Shown: positions 1 to 9,462, counted from the first letter of the stretch. The stretch: DNA of 64,000 nucleotides from a bacterium (GCA_021801565.1 JAJYXV010000015.1:155198-219197); one strand, 5' to 3'. Notes: generated by a model not told the origin, from the letters alone. Made by a program: numbers and translations.

Positions 1-104
1 AAATACAAACCCAGTCGTTTCTCCTGAATCCGGATTTGAAGACGCAGCAAAAAGTTCAGGTATTCAATATAGTGATTTTTTGCGCGAACTTGTTTTGAAT
101 ACGC

Positions 105-827
105 TTGCCCGCAAAAAAAACGGGAATAGTGATATTATTGATTCATATGAAAGTGTTGGTGTTTAATACATTAAAAAATTCAGGAGTTGAAGAGGTTTTA
201 AAAGAACACGGGTTTGAAATTGTTTCTTACAATCCCGATGTCGTTGTAAGTTACGGTGGGGATGGAACGCTTATGCGTGCAGAACACATGTATCCGGGAA
301 TTCCAAAACTTCCGCTTCGCGCAAGCGCAGTGTGCAAATTATGTTCACCGATTTCAAATGAAGAAGTGTTGAAGAAAATAGAGAAAAAAAAATATTCGAT
401 TGAAGAGTTTTGGAAATTGAATGTAGTTGCACGTGGGGAAACATACGTAGGAGTAAATGATGTGATTGTGCACAATAAAGATCCGCGCCACGCGATTCGC
501 TACGATGTGTCGGTGAATAATAAAAAAATTTTGGAAGGAGTGATTGGTGATGGGGTGGTAGTGGCAACGCCATTTGGTTCAACCGGATACTATCGTTCGA
601 TTACCGATAGTTACTTTGAAGTGGGGATGGGGCTTGCATTTAATAATAGTACTGAACAGTCGGATCATATTGTACTCAAAGAAAGTTCGATGATACGAAT
701 TACAATTGCACGTGGTCCTGCGATCGTGTATGTTGATAATCGAAAAGAAAGCATTGAATTAGATGAAGGAGAATTCGCTGAAATAAAAAAATCAGACCAG
801 GTGGCGAAAATAATAAGAGTTATTTAA
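105..827 (+). CDS. nadK: NAD kinase
   Basis: GGDGTLM motif and DGVVVATPFGSTGYY (NAD kinase signature). The true start may be the internal Met (MKVLVF..., ~147). Confidence 0.8.
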   Translation: MPAKKTGIVILLIHMKVLVFNTLKNSGVEEVLKEHGFEIVSYNPDVVVSYGGDGTLMRAEHMYPGIPKLPLRASAVCKLCSPISNEEVLKKIEKKKYSIEEFWKLNVVARGETYVGVNDVIVHNKDPRHAIRYDVSVNNKKILEGVIGDGVVVATPFGSTGYYRSITDSYFEVGMGLAFNNSTEQSDHIVLKESSMIRITIARGPAIVYVDNRKESIELDEGEFAEIKKSDQVAKIIRVI

Positions 828-842
828 TATAAAGTGTAGTTT

Positions 843-955
843 GGGCCTGTAGTTCAGTGTCCCGATTCATAACTTAATGCGTTAGAATCGCGGATCCTCG
901 AAAAATATATAAATTGAAGATTGATTATTTTTCGGGAGTATGACGCAACATTCGT
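843..955 (+). pseudogene. degenerate tRNA-like copy (5' GGGCCTGTAGTTCAGTG... plus GTATGACGCAACATTCG block), not foldable as a cloverleaf
   Basis: Shares the 5' acceptor/D-stem string and the GTATGACGCAACATTCG block with the intact tRNA-Ala at 1393. No complementary 3' acceptor strand. Confidence 0.3.
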
Positions 956-975
956 CCTGATTTTTAAATTTTGAA

Positions 976-1242
976 ATGTTTTACACATACATTTTAAGAT
1001 CAGAGTTAAACAACCCTTTTTATATTGGGAGTACAAATAATATTGAACAACGGTTATATTTTCATAATCATGGTCTGGTCAAATCGACAAAGAGATACAA
1101 ACCCTGGCAATTGATATATATTGAAGAATATAAGACACTAAAATTTGCTCGGAATAGGGAATTACAAATTAAGTCATGGAAAAGTAGAAAGTCGATTGAG
1201 TCAGTTATTTCAAAATTTGAAAAAATCGATGATCCTCGATGA
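976..1242 (+). CDS. GIY-YIG nuclease domain protein (88 aa)
   Basis: YILRS...FYIGSTNNIEQRLYFHNHG...R..E...K matches the GIY-YIG fold (UPF0213/YhbQ-like). It lies between the tRNA-like fragments. Confidence 0.6.
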   Translation: MFYTYILRSELNNPFYIGSTNNIEQRLYFHNHGLVKSTKRYKPWQLIYIEEYKTLKFARNRELQIKSWKSRKSIESVISKFEKIDDPR

Positions 1243-1249
1243 TTTTGGT

Positions 1250-1390
1250 GGGCCTATGGTTCAGTGGTAGAACGCGGTCCCGCCCATACTTCGTATCGCG
1301 GGATTGCGATTTGTGTATAAAAATCATAAAATTTTTATACAAATCGGGAACATTCGCACCGTGCCCCGTTTATAAATTTGTGGATCTGTG
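1250..1390 (+). pseudogene. degenerate tRNA-like copy (intact acceptor-5'/D-arm GGGCCTATGGTTCAGTGGTAGAAC, aberrant downstream hairpin)
   Basis: Canonical 5' half followed by the hairpin CCCGCCATAC-TTC-GTATCGCGGG instead of an anticodon arm. No T-arm or 3' acceptor. Confidence 0.3.
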
Positions 1391-1392
1391 AT

Positions 1393-1463
1393 GGGCCTAT
1401 GGTCTAGTGGTATGACGCAACATTCGCATTGTTGAAGCGGCAGTTCGATTCTGCCTAGGTCCA
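1393..1463 (+). tRNA. tRNA-Ala (anticodon CGC)
   Basis: Acceptor GGGCCTA/TAGGTCC with a G3:U70 wobble pair, anticodon stem CAACA/TGTTG, loop TTCGCAT, T-arm GGCAG-TTCGATT-CTGCC. Confidence 0.75.
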
Positions 1464-1473
1464 CAAAATATAT

Positions 1474-1785
1474 ATGTCAATTAATAAGGAAAATAAAAAT
1501 TCATCACACATACTGAATGCATCATCAAACTTGGTGGGATTTTCATTTATATTATTTACCACAATCAGGGCAATCGGCTTATCAAAAGACACACTACTTG
1601 ATGAAATTGCGGCGTTAGAGATTCTTTTGTTTTGTATAAGTAGTTTGTTTTCTTTTATGTCTATGCGCACAAATTCGGAACAGAGAGCAAATTTCTATGA
1701 AAACGTTGCCGATTTTATATTTTTTATCGGACTTGGTATTCTTTGTATTGTAGCGATACTCCTTACCCTTACCGTGATTAAGTAA
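1474..1785 (+). CDS. hypothetical small membrane protein
   Basis: ORF with 2-3 hydrophobic helices. No recognisable domain. Confidence 0.3.
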   Translation: MSINKENKNSSHILNASSNLVGFSFILFTTIRAIGLSKDTLLDEIAALEILLFCISSLFSFMSMRTNSEQRANFYENVADFIFFIGLGILCIVAILLTLTVIK

Positions 1786-1790
1786 TATTT

Positions 1791-2099
1791 ATGAAAAAAT
1801 CTAATTTCTATCTAAAAAGTTTTTTATGTGCACTCGGTACGTTGGTCTATATCGCATTGGTAGCGTTCCTCATGTTTAATGGAAAAAATGTTTTTGGAGA
1901 TGTTTCGAGTTTTATGATCCCTCTCTTTATGTTGCTCTTGTTTGTAATATCAGCATCAATAACCGGATTTTTGGTTTTTGGAAATCCGGTCCAACTTTAT
2001 TTAGACGGATACAAAAAAGAGGCATTTACATTTCTTTTTTCCACAATCTCGTGGCTCATTCTTTTTGCGGTGATGATTGTAGTTGGGTTTTTAATTTAG
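1791..2099 (+). CDS. hypothetical small membrane protein
   Basis: ORF with 3 hydrophobic helices, adjacent to the previous one. Confidence 0.3.
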   Translation: MKKSNFYLKSFLCALGTLVYIALVAFLMFNGKNVFGDVSSFMIPLFMLLLFVISASITGFLVFGNPVQLYLDGYKKEAFTFLFSTISWLILFAVMIVVGFLI

Positions 2100-2277
2100 A
2101 AAACTTGTCGTATCTATGGCAGATCTCTACTTTCGGTAGACAGGCACTTTTGGCGGAAAAAACTTATTATCTCTCAATTTTTTTGGGTTTTTAATACAAA
2201 ATTATTAGCCATCTTTTCGCGCGTGTATTATAGACCCCTTCTCTTCTACGGGAAAACCGTATGATACAATTAAAAAT

Positions 2278-3954
2278 ATGACAGGAGGATTATTTGAACT
2301 TGCAGTGGTTATTCTTATTGCTGCGGCACTTGGAATTGTGGCAAAACTTTTGCGGCAGCCAATTATTCTCGCATATCTTGTGACGGGAATATGTATTGGG
2401 TATTTTGGTTTTTTCAACATACAAAATGGAGAAGTATTTTCTGTGTTTTCCGATTTGGGAATTATGTTTCTTCTCTTTTTGGTCGGCTTGGAAATTAATT
2501 ACACCTCCCTTCGTCTTGTCGGGAAAACATCACTTTTCGTCGGACTCGGACAGGTTACTATTACAACACTGTTCGGATATATGATTGCCATATGGCTCGG
2601 ATTTATTCCACTCCACGCACTTTATATCGCCATTACGCTTATGTTTTCAAGTACAGTGATTGTGGTAAAACTACTTTCCGACAAGGGAGATTTTAACAGT
2701 TTATATGGAAAAATCAGCGTAGGAATACTTCTTATTCAAGATATCATTGCTATTATTATTCTCGTTATTCTGGCTGGTATTCAAGGAACCGGAGGAACCA
2801 TTGCGTGGGGAAGTCTCCTTCTTACCCTTTTAAAAGGGGGAGTGTTGTTTGCGACAATTGTATGGCTTGGAAGAAAATTTTTTCCTCCACTTTTTGATCG
2901 CATTGCACGCTCACAAGAACTTTTATTTCTCACAAGTCTCGCATGGTTATTTTTTCTTGCCGCGATAGTCAGTAAAATCGGATTTTCAGTTGAAATTGCA
3001 GGATTTCTCGCAGGGCTCGCACTTGCAAACTCGTCGGAGCACTTTGAAATTTCTTATCGTGTCCGTTCGCTTCGCGATTTTTTTATCCTTATCTTTTTTG
3101 TGATTCTTGGGTCCTCTGCGGTAATTTCAAATTTTAGTGGACTCACCGTTCCTATTATTGTTTTTTCTCTGTTTGTGCTTATTGGAAATCCGCTTATTAT
3201 CCTCGTTATTATGGGATTTCTGGGACATCGGAGAAGAACAGGTTTTTTGACTGGTGTAGCACTTGCACAAGTTTCAGAATTCAGCTTGGTGCTTGCAGCG
3301 TTCGGCTTAAAACTCGGACATATTACAGATCAGGTAGTAACACTTATCACAAGCGTCGGTATTATTACCATTGCACTTTCTTCTTACCTCATTGTCTATG
3401 GAGAGCGCATCTATCAATCAATTGAACATATATTAAAATTCTTTGAGAGAAAGAAAATAAAAGAACTTGAATATTCTGAACGTGGAGGAGAAAAATCAAT
3501 TGTGCTTATCGGGGGACATCGCACAGGCGAAAGTTTAGCACTTGGACTTCCACGAAAAGATCTTCTTATCATTGACTTTGATCCGGACGTGATTAAAAAA
3601 CTGAAAGCGAAGGGGTATGAGGTAATTTATGGTGATGCAAGCGATGACGAAGTGCTTTATAATGCGCGGATTGAGGATGCAAAACTTGTCATTTCCACAA
3701 ATCCTCTTCTTGAAGATAATATTATGGTTGCGAAAAAAATCCGTTCTCTTTCCAAAAAACCAAAATTGGTGCTTCGTGCAGATACGGAAAAAGATGCCAA
3801 AATCCTTTATGAATATGGTGCCGATTATGTGTTGCTTCCAAATTTTACTGCGGGACAATATCTTGGAAAAACAATTGCACTAAGTCCTGAAATGGAAATA
3901 CTGCATCATCTTAAAGAAAATGATCTCGCACTTATGAAACGCATTGATACATGA
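2278..3954 (+). CDS. Kef-type monovalent cation:proton antiporter (CPA2) with C-terminal TrkA-N/RCK domain
   Basis: About 12 TM helices of the Na+/H+ exchanger type, followed by IVLIGGHRTGESLA (Rossmann GxGxxG) and an RCK-like C-terminus. Confidence 0.7.
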   Translation: MTGGLFELAVVILIAAALGIVAKLLRQPIILAYLVTGICIGYFGFFNIQNGEVFSVFSDLGIMFLLFLVGLEINYTSLRLVGKTSLFVGLGQVTITTLFGYMIAIWLGFIPLHALYIAITLMFSSTVIVVKLLSDKGDFNSLYGKISVGILLIQDIIAIIILVILAGIQGTGGTIAWGSLLLTLLKGGVLFATIVWLGRKFFPPLFDRIARSQELLFLTSLAWLFFLAAIVSKIGFSVEIAGFLAGLALANSSEHFEISYRVRSLRDFFILIFFVILGSSAVISNFSGLTVPIIVFSLFVLIGNPLIILVIMGFLGHRRRTGFLTGVALAQVSEFSLVLAAFGLKLGHITDQVVTLITSVGIITIALSSYLIVYGERIYQSIEHILKFFERKKIKELEYSERGGEKSIVLIGGHRTGESLALGLPRKDLLIIDFDPDVIKKLKAKGYEVIYGDASDDEVLYNARIEDAKLVISTNPLLEDNIMVAKKIRSLSKKPKLVLRADTEKDAKILYEYGADYVLLPNFTAGQYLGKTIALSPEMEILHHLKENDLALMKRIDT

Positions 3955-4008
3955 TCCGTAAAAAGAACACTCTTTCTTTTTTTGAATCTTTGAATAAAAT
4001 AAATATAT

Positions 4009-4788
4009 ATGAACCAAAATAAATCAGCATCATTACCACTTATGGTGAGCGCGCTTATTCTAGGAACAAGTATTGTTGGAGGAACACTTATCGTCGCAAA
4101 TACATTTTATAGGGTGAAGGCTCTCTCAAATGTAGTTGCAGTGACCGGATCAGCGGAAAAAGTGGTGAAATCGGATACTGTAAAATGGGTGAGTAGTTTT
4201 TCTCGCAATGTTGGCGCGGATAATTTGAAAGGGGGAAGCACAGAGATGAAAAAAGACCTTGGAATTGTTTCTGATTATTTTAAGGAGTACGGTGTTCCGG
4301 ATGGAGCGATTACAATACAGCCGATGACCATGACGGCGGTGTGTGAGAGCCAAAATAATGTATTCTACGACAAATTCGGAAACCAATCATGTGGGGGCAA
4401 TCGCGTGACCGGATATACATTCAAACAAGATGTAATTATACAGTCAGATGATGTTGATAAGGTAACAAAACTTTCTCAAGACGCATCCGATTCGCTCATT
4501 ACAAAAGGAGTTATTTTTTCAAGCCAAAATCTCGAATACTACTACAATAAACTTTCGGAGTTACGCGTGGAACTTTTGTCTGAGGCAACAAAAAATGCAA
4601 AAACTCGGGCTGAAAAAATTGTAGAAAGTACTGGCGGAAAAATCGGATTTCTTCAGTCGGCAAGTATGGGGGTATTTCAGGTAACTGCAAAGAATGCAAC
4701 GGATTTTTCGGACTACGGATTTTATGACACCACATCACTTGAAAAGAAGGTAACCGCCGTTGTACGCGCATCATTTGTACTTGAATAG
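4009..4788 (+). CDS. SIMPL/DUF541 (YggE-like) protein
   Basis: VTGSAEKVVKSD, ITGYTFKQDVIIQSDDVDKVTKL and KNAKTRAEKIVESTGGKIGFLQSAS align with E. coli YggE blocks. N-terminal signal/TM. Confidence 0.6.
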   Translation: MNQNKSASLPLMVSALILGTSIVGGTLIVANTFYRVKALSNVVAVTGSAEKVVKSDTVKWVSSFSRNVGADNLKGGSTEMKKDLGIVSDYFKEYGVPDGAITIQPMTMTAVCESQNNVFYDKFGNQSCGGNRVTGYTFKQDVIIQSDDVDKVTKLSQDASDSLITKGVIFSSQNLEYYYNKLSELRVELLSEATKNAKTRAEKIVESTGGKIGFLQSASMGVFQVTAKNATDFSDYGFYDTTSLEKKVTAVVRASFVLE

Positions 4789-4917
4789 GCACATTGTTAT
4801 GAATTATGAGAATGTAACTATATTCCCATGTGTTTTTTTGGTATAATAAGATAAATGCAAAAAGGTCGAGAATACAAAGGTATTTTTATATAGAGAGATA
4901 CCTTTTATGTTATTTTT

Positions 4918-5595
4918 ATGATTATTCAAGATTGGGCATCGGTTATTATTGGATCATTACAAAACCTTTGGGTAGGAACCATGAGTACAATTGGAAATAT
5001 TCTGGGTGCACTCGTTGTTCTTCTCATTGGACTCATTGTTGCTGCTGGACTAGGGACCCTTGTTGATCGGCTTATTAAGGTAATTAAACTTGATAAGGCA
5101 TTAGCTGGGCTCGGAATTCAAGAGTATTTCAATCGTGCAGGGATTTCTTTGAATAGTGGAAAGTTTTTTGGGAAATTGGTGTACTGGTTTTTTGTCGTAG
5201 TATTTCTTCTTGCCGCGTCTGATATTTTGGGATTTTACTCACTTTCTGGTTTTCTCCGCGATACATTGCTCTATATTCCAAACGTTGTCGTTGCGGTGCT
5301 TATTATGCTCGCGGCAGTGGTGATTGCGAATGTATTGAAAAAGCTTGTACAGGCCTCGGTGAAAAGTGCACAACTCCACGCATCAAATTTTCTTGGCTCA
5401 CTTACATGGTGGGCGGTTACGATGTTTGGATTTTTTGCGGCACTATCTCAACTTGGTGTTGCGGTACAAATCATCAATGCGGTGGTGACTGGTTTTGTTG
5501 CAATGCTTGCTATTGCCGGTGGTATTGCATTTGGGTTGGGTGGAAAAGACTACGCGTCTCATCTTATCTCAAAACTCCGCGACCACGTGGAATAA
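4918..5595 (+). CDS. membrane protein with repeated TM helices (conserved-TM-helix / MscS-N-like)
   Basis: Four long hydrophobic helices with GxxxG-rich repeats. No catalytic motifs. Confidence 0.35.
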   Translation: MIIQDWASVIIGSLQNLWVGTMSTIGNILGALVVLLIGLIVAAGLGTLVDRLIKVIKLDKALAGLGIQEYFNRAGISLNSGKFFGKLVYWFFVVVFLLAASDILGFYSLSGFLRDTLLYIPNVVVAVLIMLAAVVIANVLKKLVQASVKSAQLHASNFLGSLTWWAVTMFGFFAALSQLGVAVQIINAVVTGFVAMLAIAGGIAFGLGGKDYASHLISKLRDHVE

Positions 5596-5663
5596 AATCG
5601 ATTTTTTTCAAAATTCCTCTCCAATACACACTGGGGGGAATTTTGTTTTTACTGACAGGGTTG

Positions 5664-5795
5664 CCCCGCACCTTTTCTCAATTTCAAAACCATAATTATG
5701 GTTTTGAATGATTTCTTGGAAAAATATCTTTTTTATGGAATGTTTCAGGATTTACTTTTAAATAAACCAAATCCAATTGAGAAAAGGTGCGGGGT
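5664..5795. repeat. MITE-like element, family 3 (20-bp TIRs CCCCGCACCTTTTCTCAATT / AATTGAGAAAAGGTGCGGGG)
   Basis: Perfect 20-bp terminal inverted repeats at 5664-5683 and 5776-5795. Internal 26-bp perfect palindrome TTCAAAACCATAATTATGGTTTTGAA. Confidence 0.6.
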
Positions 5796-5841
5796 TGATT
5801 TTCTTATTCAAGAATGATAATCTGGTGTAGATTTTAAATAT

Positions 5842-6150
5842 ATGTTTGCAGTTATAGAAACAGGAGGAAAGCAGTATGTTGTCGAAAAAGGAACGATACT
5901 TTCGGTTGAAAAACTTTCCTCATCAAAAAAAGATGATAAAATAGTTTTTGATAAAGTGCTTTTGATAGCTGAAAAGGATGAGATATCAATCGGCGCCCCT
6001 TATATAAAAGGAGCTGTAGTGAATGCAAAAATTTTAGAAAGTGGAAGGGAAAAAAAGAAAATAGTATTTCGATATCACTCAAAAACTCGGTATAGAAAAC
6101 TAAGAGGTCATCGTCAGCCGTACACAAGTGTGCAGATACTTTCTGTATAA
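5842..6150 (+). CDS. rplU: 50S ribosomal protein L21
   Basis: MFAVIETGGKQYVV...KIVFRYHSKTRYRKLRGHRQPYT is the typical bL21. Confidence 0.9.
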   Translation: MFAVIETGGKQYVVEKGTILSVEKLSSSKKDDKIVFDKVLLIAEKDEISIGAPYIKGAVVNAKILESGREKKKIVFRYHSKTRYRKLRGHRQPYTSVQILSV

Positions 6151-6160
6151 TTCGTATGCA

Positions 6161-6196
6161 AAAACCCCGCGGTCTATAAGCCTTGCGGGGTTTTTG
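6161..6196 (+). terminator. rho-independent terminator after rplU
   Basis: AAAACCCCGCGG...CCTTGCGGGGTTTTT. Confidence 0.7.
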
Positions 6197-6211
6197 CTAT
6201 GATAGATATAT

Positions 6212-6667
6212 ATGTTCATTTCAAGTGCATATAAGAATGTATATGGAGGACAAATGACGTTGCCATTTATATTGCTTGTAAGCGGCATTATTATTGAGAT
6301 TACGATTGCGGGGGCGTTTGTTACATATTTTTTAAGCACTTCCGGGTATGGTGAACGGCTTGCAGTACGTGCAGAAACCGCCGCTCGTTCAGGTATTAAT
6401 GATGCGCTTGCGCGAGTGATGCAAAATAAAGACTTTTCTTCCGCTTCTTGCGCCTCGCCCTATACATATACCGTTACTACAGGAGGAGATGTTGCAGAGA
6501 TTTTCCTATGTAGGACGGTTGATATTACTACAAATAAGTATACGTTTACCATTACGAGCGTTGGGACGGCAGCGGCGCACCAGAAAAAATTTGTCGCTAC
6601 TTTACTTGTGGATCAAACTACGGGACAAACTGAGTTACAATCAATTACAGAACAGCCAGTTGAATAA
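6212..6667 (+). CDS. PilX-N-like pilus assembly / minor pilin-like protein
   Basis: N-terminal TM followed by ERLAVRAETAARSGINDALARV, resembling the PilX_N helix. Directly upstream of a PilM/N gene. Confidence 0.35.
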   Translation: MFISSAYKNVYGGQMTLPFILLVSGIIIEITIAGAFVTYFLSTSGYGERLAVRAETAARSGINDALARVMQNKDFSSASCASPYTYTVTTGGDVAEIFLCRTVDITTNKYTFTITSVGTAAAHQKKFVATLLVDQTTGQTELQSITEQPVE

Positions 6668-6672
6668 AAATT

Positions 6673-8205
6673 ATGAATAATATTTTTTCTCTAATAAAAA
6701 AAATTCTTGGATGGTTTGGGCATGTTTTGGAAAAATTAAGCTCTCGGCCGCCTGTGGGTGGAATTTATGTAAGTGGTCTTGGCGTGCAATATGTTTCTTT
6801 TGAAAAAGAGAAACCACAGACACATTTCTTTCGCTTTCCTCCGGGAGTGATGAAAAACGGACGAGTGCAGAATCCTGATGAATTCATAAATATTTTGAAG
6901 CAGATACGAGAAGCAGTGAATCCTAGAAAAAAGACACAAACACTTCAGGTAATTGTGACTCTTCCAACAGAAATTGTATTTACTCAAAGTTTTGAAGTTC
7001 CAAATGTTGGAGAAGAAAAACTTGAAGAAGCGGCAGATTTAAATCTTCAGATGATCTCGCCAATTCCTCACGATTCCGCATATATGAGTTGGCAATTAGT
7101 GAAAGAAAATGACGACCATTTTGAATTATTTGGTGCATTTGTTGAAAAAAATATTATTGAGGAATTTAGAAAGGTGTTTGAAGGCGCTTCATTTCATCCG
7201 ATTGCATTTGAATTCCCAGCGCTTTCTCTTTCACGCGTGATTACAAAATCAATAAATCTTAAAGAAAAGCCGGTCCTAGTATTACAGGTTTCTGGGGATG
7301 GAATTGATCTCTCAATTCTTCGCCACAACACATTGCAATTTGATTATTTTCGTTCTTGGCAATCAGTGCAGGGTGAAGGAAAACAAATTTCTCGTGACGC
7401 ATTCGAGCAGGTAATTGTTGATGAAGTACAAAAAGTTATTAATTTCACTCTGAGCAGATTTAGAGAGATGCTTGATCAGGTTATCGTAGTAGCGCCCGGG
7501 TTCGAGGGGGATATACAGCGGATATTAAAGGGAAGGTTCGGGAACTTGGGAATTATTCCCTTCGTACTTCCTTCACAGGAAGTTACACCATCGTGGTATG
7601 TGGTATATGGCTCCGCACTTCGTGGGGAAAATGATTTTAGCACGGATCAGTATATTAATTTGAATTATGGAATGTCGGCAGATCTTTTTTTTGAACAGTA
7701 TGTGCTGGGATTTACGAAATTATGGAGAAATGTATTAGGAATTATATTTTTATTTTTCTTTATCTTGTTTCTTGTATCGGCACTGTTTTTGAATAGACAG
7801 TTAAAAAACCTCAGCGATGAATTGAATATTTCAAAGCCACAAATAAATAATAAAGAATTTGCCGATATTCGATCGAAAGCACTCGAATTTAACACGATAG
7901 TTGACGCAATTCGACGCGAACCCCGGTATGGAGCGTTTTTCTCAAACTTCATTGATTATTTCACAAAACTTACAGATGAAAATAAAATCTCTATCGATCG
8001 CATTGAGCTTTCTTCTCCGTCGGCACTTATACAGGTGTTAGCTCGTGCACCCGACACAGGAACCGCGATAACGTTTAAAAATGTATTGTTAAAAGATGAA
8101 AGATTTAAGGACGTCAATCTTCCACTTTTTGGGATACACGAACTTCCTGACAACACAGCAAGTTTTTCACTTACGTTTTTTGCAAATGAAGCAATGTTTC
8201 AATAA
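6673..8205 (+). CDS. type IV pilus assembly PilM-like ATPase-fold domain fused to a PilN-like TM/periplasmic domain
   Basis: GIYVSGLGVQYVSFEK and GVMKNGRVQNPDEFINILKQI resemble PilM. Single TM at about aa 340, followed by a coiled-coil PilN-like tail. Confidence 0.55.
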   Translation: MNNIFSLIKKILGWFGHVLEKLSSRPPVGGIYVSGLGVQYVSFEKEKPQTHFFRFPPGVMKNGRVQNPDEFINILKQIREAVNPRKKTQTLQVIVTLPTEIVFTQSFEVPNVGEEKLEEAADLNLQMISPIPHDSAYMSWQLVKENDDHFELFGAFVEKNIIEEFRKVFEGASFHPIAFEFPALSLSRVITKSINLKEKPVLVLQVSGDGIDLSILRHNTLQFDYFRSWQSVQGEGKQISRDAFEQVIVDEVQKVINFTLSRFREMLDQVIVVAPGFEGDIQRILKGRFGNLGIIPFVLPSQEVTPSWYVVYGSALRGENDFSTDQYINLNYGMSADLFFEQYVLGFTKLWRNVLGIIFLFFFILFLVSALFLNRQLKNLSDELNISKPQINNKEFADIRSKALEFNTIVDAIRREPRYGAFFSNFIDYFTKLTDENKISIDRIELSSPSALIQVLARAPDTGTAITFKNVLLKDERFKDVNLPLFGIHELPDNTASFSLTFFANEAMFQ

Positions 8206-8795
8206 AACAGTTTTTCATTAATTATATGGAGCGCGTGAGAGAGAATTTCCAAATCCTCTTTTTTTATTTTTTTTAATACAAACTCAGATGCTTTTACCCG
8301 CCTTTCTTTATTAGGTGTTAGCGGTCGAATTCCTATACGGAGCCTAAAGAAATCTTTTGTCCCAAGTGCGTGTATTACTGAAGCAACACCCTTGTGGCCT
8401 GCGGCTCCTCTTCCGAAATCGATTTTATAGTTTCCTAACATAAGATCAGAATCATCATGTGCAAGGAGAAGGTGTTGTGGCGTTTCTTTAAAATAATGTA
8501 GTGCGGTTTGTATTGCATGTCCCGAATCATTCATGAACACAGTCGGTTCTACAAAAATTTTTGATCCATTTTTTGCATACTTAAACACTTTTGATGTGTG
8601 GTTTTTGAATGACAAACCGTATGCATTTTGTAATTCTTTAAGAAACAACGTACCGAGATTATGGTAGGTATGAATATATTCCACACCAGGGTTTCCGAGC
8701 CCTATAATAATGTGCGCAGTCTTACGAACAACATCTAGATTTGTAGGATTGAATTCTTTCATTTGATTCTTTACAATTATCCCATAATTATCCAT
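8199..8795 (-). CDS. pth: peptidyl-tRNA hydrolase
   Basis: HIIIGLGNPGVEYIHTYHNLGT (Pth signature). Confidence 0.85.
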   Translation of the reverse strand: MDNYGIIVKNQMKEFNPTNLDVVRKTAHIIIGLGNPGVEYIHTYHNLGTLFLKELQNAYGLSFKNHTSKVFKYAKNGSKIFVEPTVFMNDSGHAIQTALHYFKETPQHLLLAHDDSDLMLGNYKIDFGRGAAGHKGVASVIHALGTKDFFRLRIGIRPLTPNKERRVKASEFVLKKIKKEDLEILSHALHIINEKLFY

Positions 8796-8803
8796 GAGGT
8801 GCC

Positions 8804-9457
8804 ATGTTATATGCCCTATTGGAGAATTATGAATATAGTCATAAAATAAAGCATGCTATTTTTTTGGAATATATAAAAGAAAGTCGTTTTTTGCTTGTAG
8901 ATTTAATTAATATAATGAGGAAATTTTTTTGGTCCCTGTTTGAAATAATAGAAACAATAGCGATTGCTGTTGTTGCGGTAGTGCTTGTCCGAACGTTTGT
9001 GGTACAGCCATTTGTGGTAAGTGGGGCGAGTATGGAGCCCACATTTTATAATGGGAACTATTTACTTGTAGATGAGCTTGCATATCGTTTCCGAAGTCCC
9101 GAGCGTGGAGAGGTGGTGGTGTTTCGTTATCCGGGAGACAGAAGGTCATTTTACATAAAGAGAATTATTGGGCTTCCTGGTGAGCGAATAACGCTTGATA
9201 ACGGAAAAGTTTCGGTTTATAAAAATGGAAAAAAGCAGGAATTGGATGAGAGATACCTTTTTGGATCTTCACTTTCTGGATCGTTTGATACAACACTTGG
9301 TGAAGATAAATATTTTGTAATGGGCGACAATCGGAATTTTAGCTTTGACTCGCGGAGTTGGGGATCTCTTCCCGGGTCGGATATTATAGGGGTGGTTCGG
9401 ATTCGTTTGTGGCCGTTGAATGAGATGCGGGCATTTGCCGCGCCTCTCTATAAATAA
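8804..9457 (+). CDS. lepB: signal peptidase I
   Basis: SGASMEPTF (Ser box), YIKRIIGLPGE, GDNRNFSFDSRSWG. The start may be the internal Met at about 8917. Confidence 0.85.
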   Translation: MLYALLENYEYSHKIKHAIFLEYIKESRFLLVDLINIMRKFFWSLFEIIETIAIAVVAVVLVRTFVVQPFVVSGASMEPTFYNGNYLLVDELAYRFRSPERGEVVVFRYPGDRRSFYIKRIIGLPGERITLDNGKVSVYKNGKKQELDERYLFGSSLSGSFDTTLGEDKYFVMGDNRNFSFDSRSWGSLPGSDIIGVVRIRLWPLNEMRAFAAPLYK

Positions 9458-9462
9458 CATAT

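Noticed and set aside
843-1390. Group I intron within a tRNA gene encoding the GIY-YIG protein
   Set aside because: No intact tRNA exons flank the ORF (neither decayed copy has a T-arm or 3' acceptor), and I could not identify P/Q/R/S group-I core elements. Kept as a hypothesis in the findings rather than annotated.
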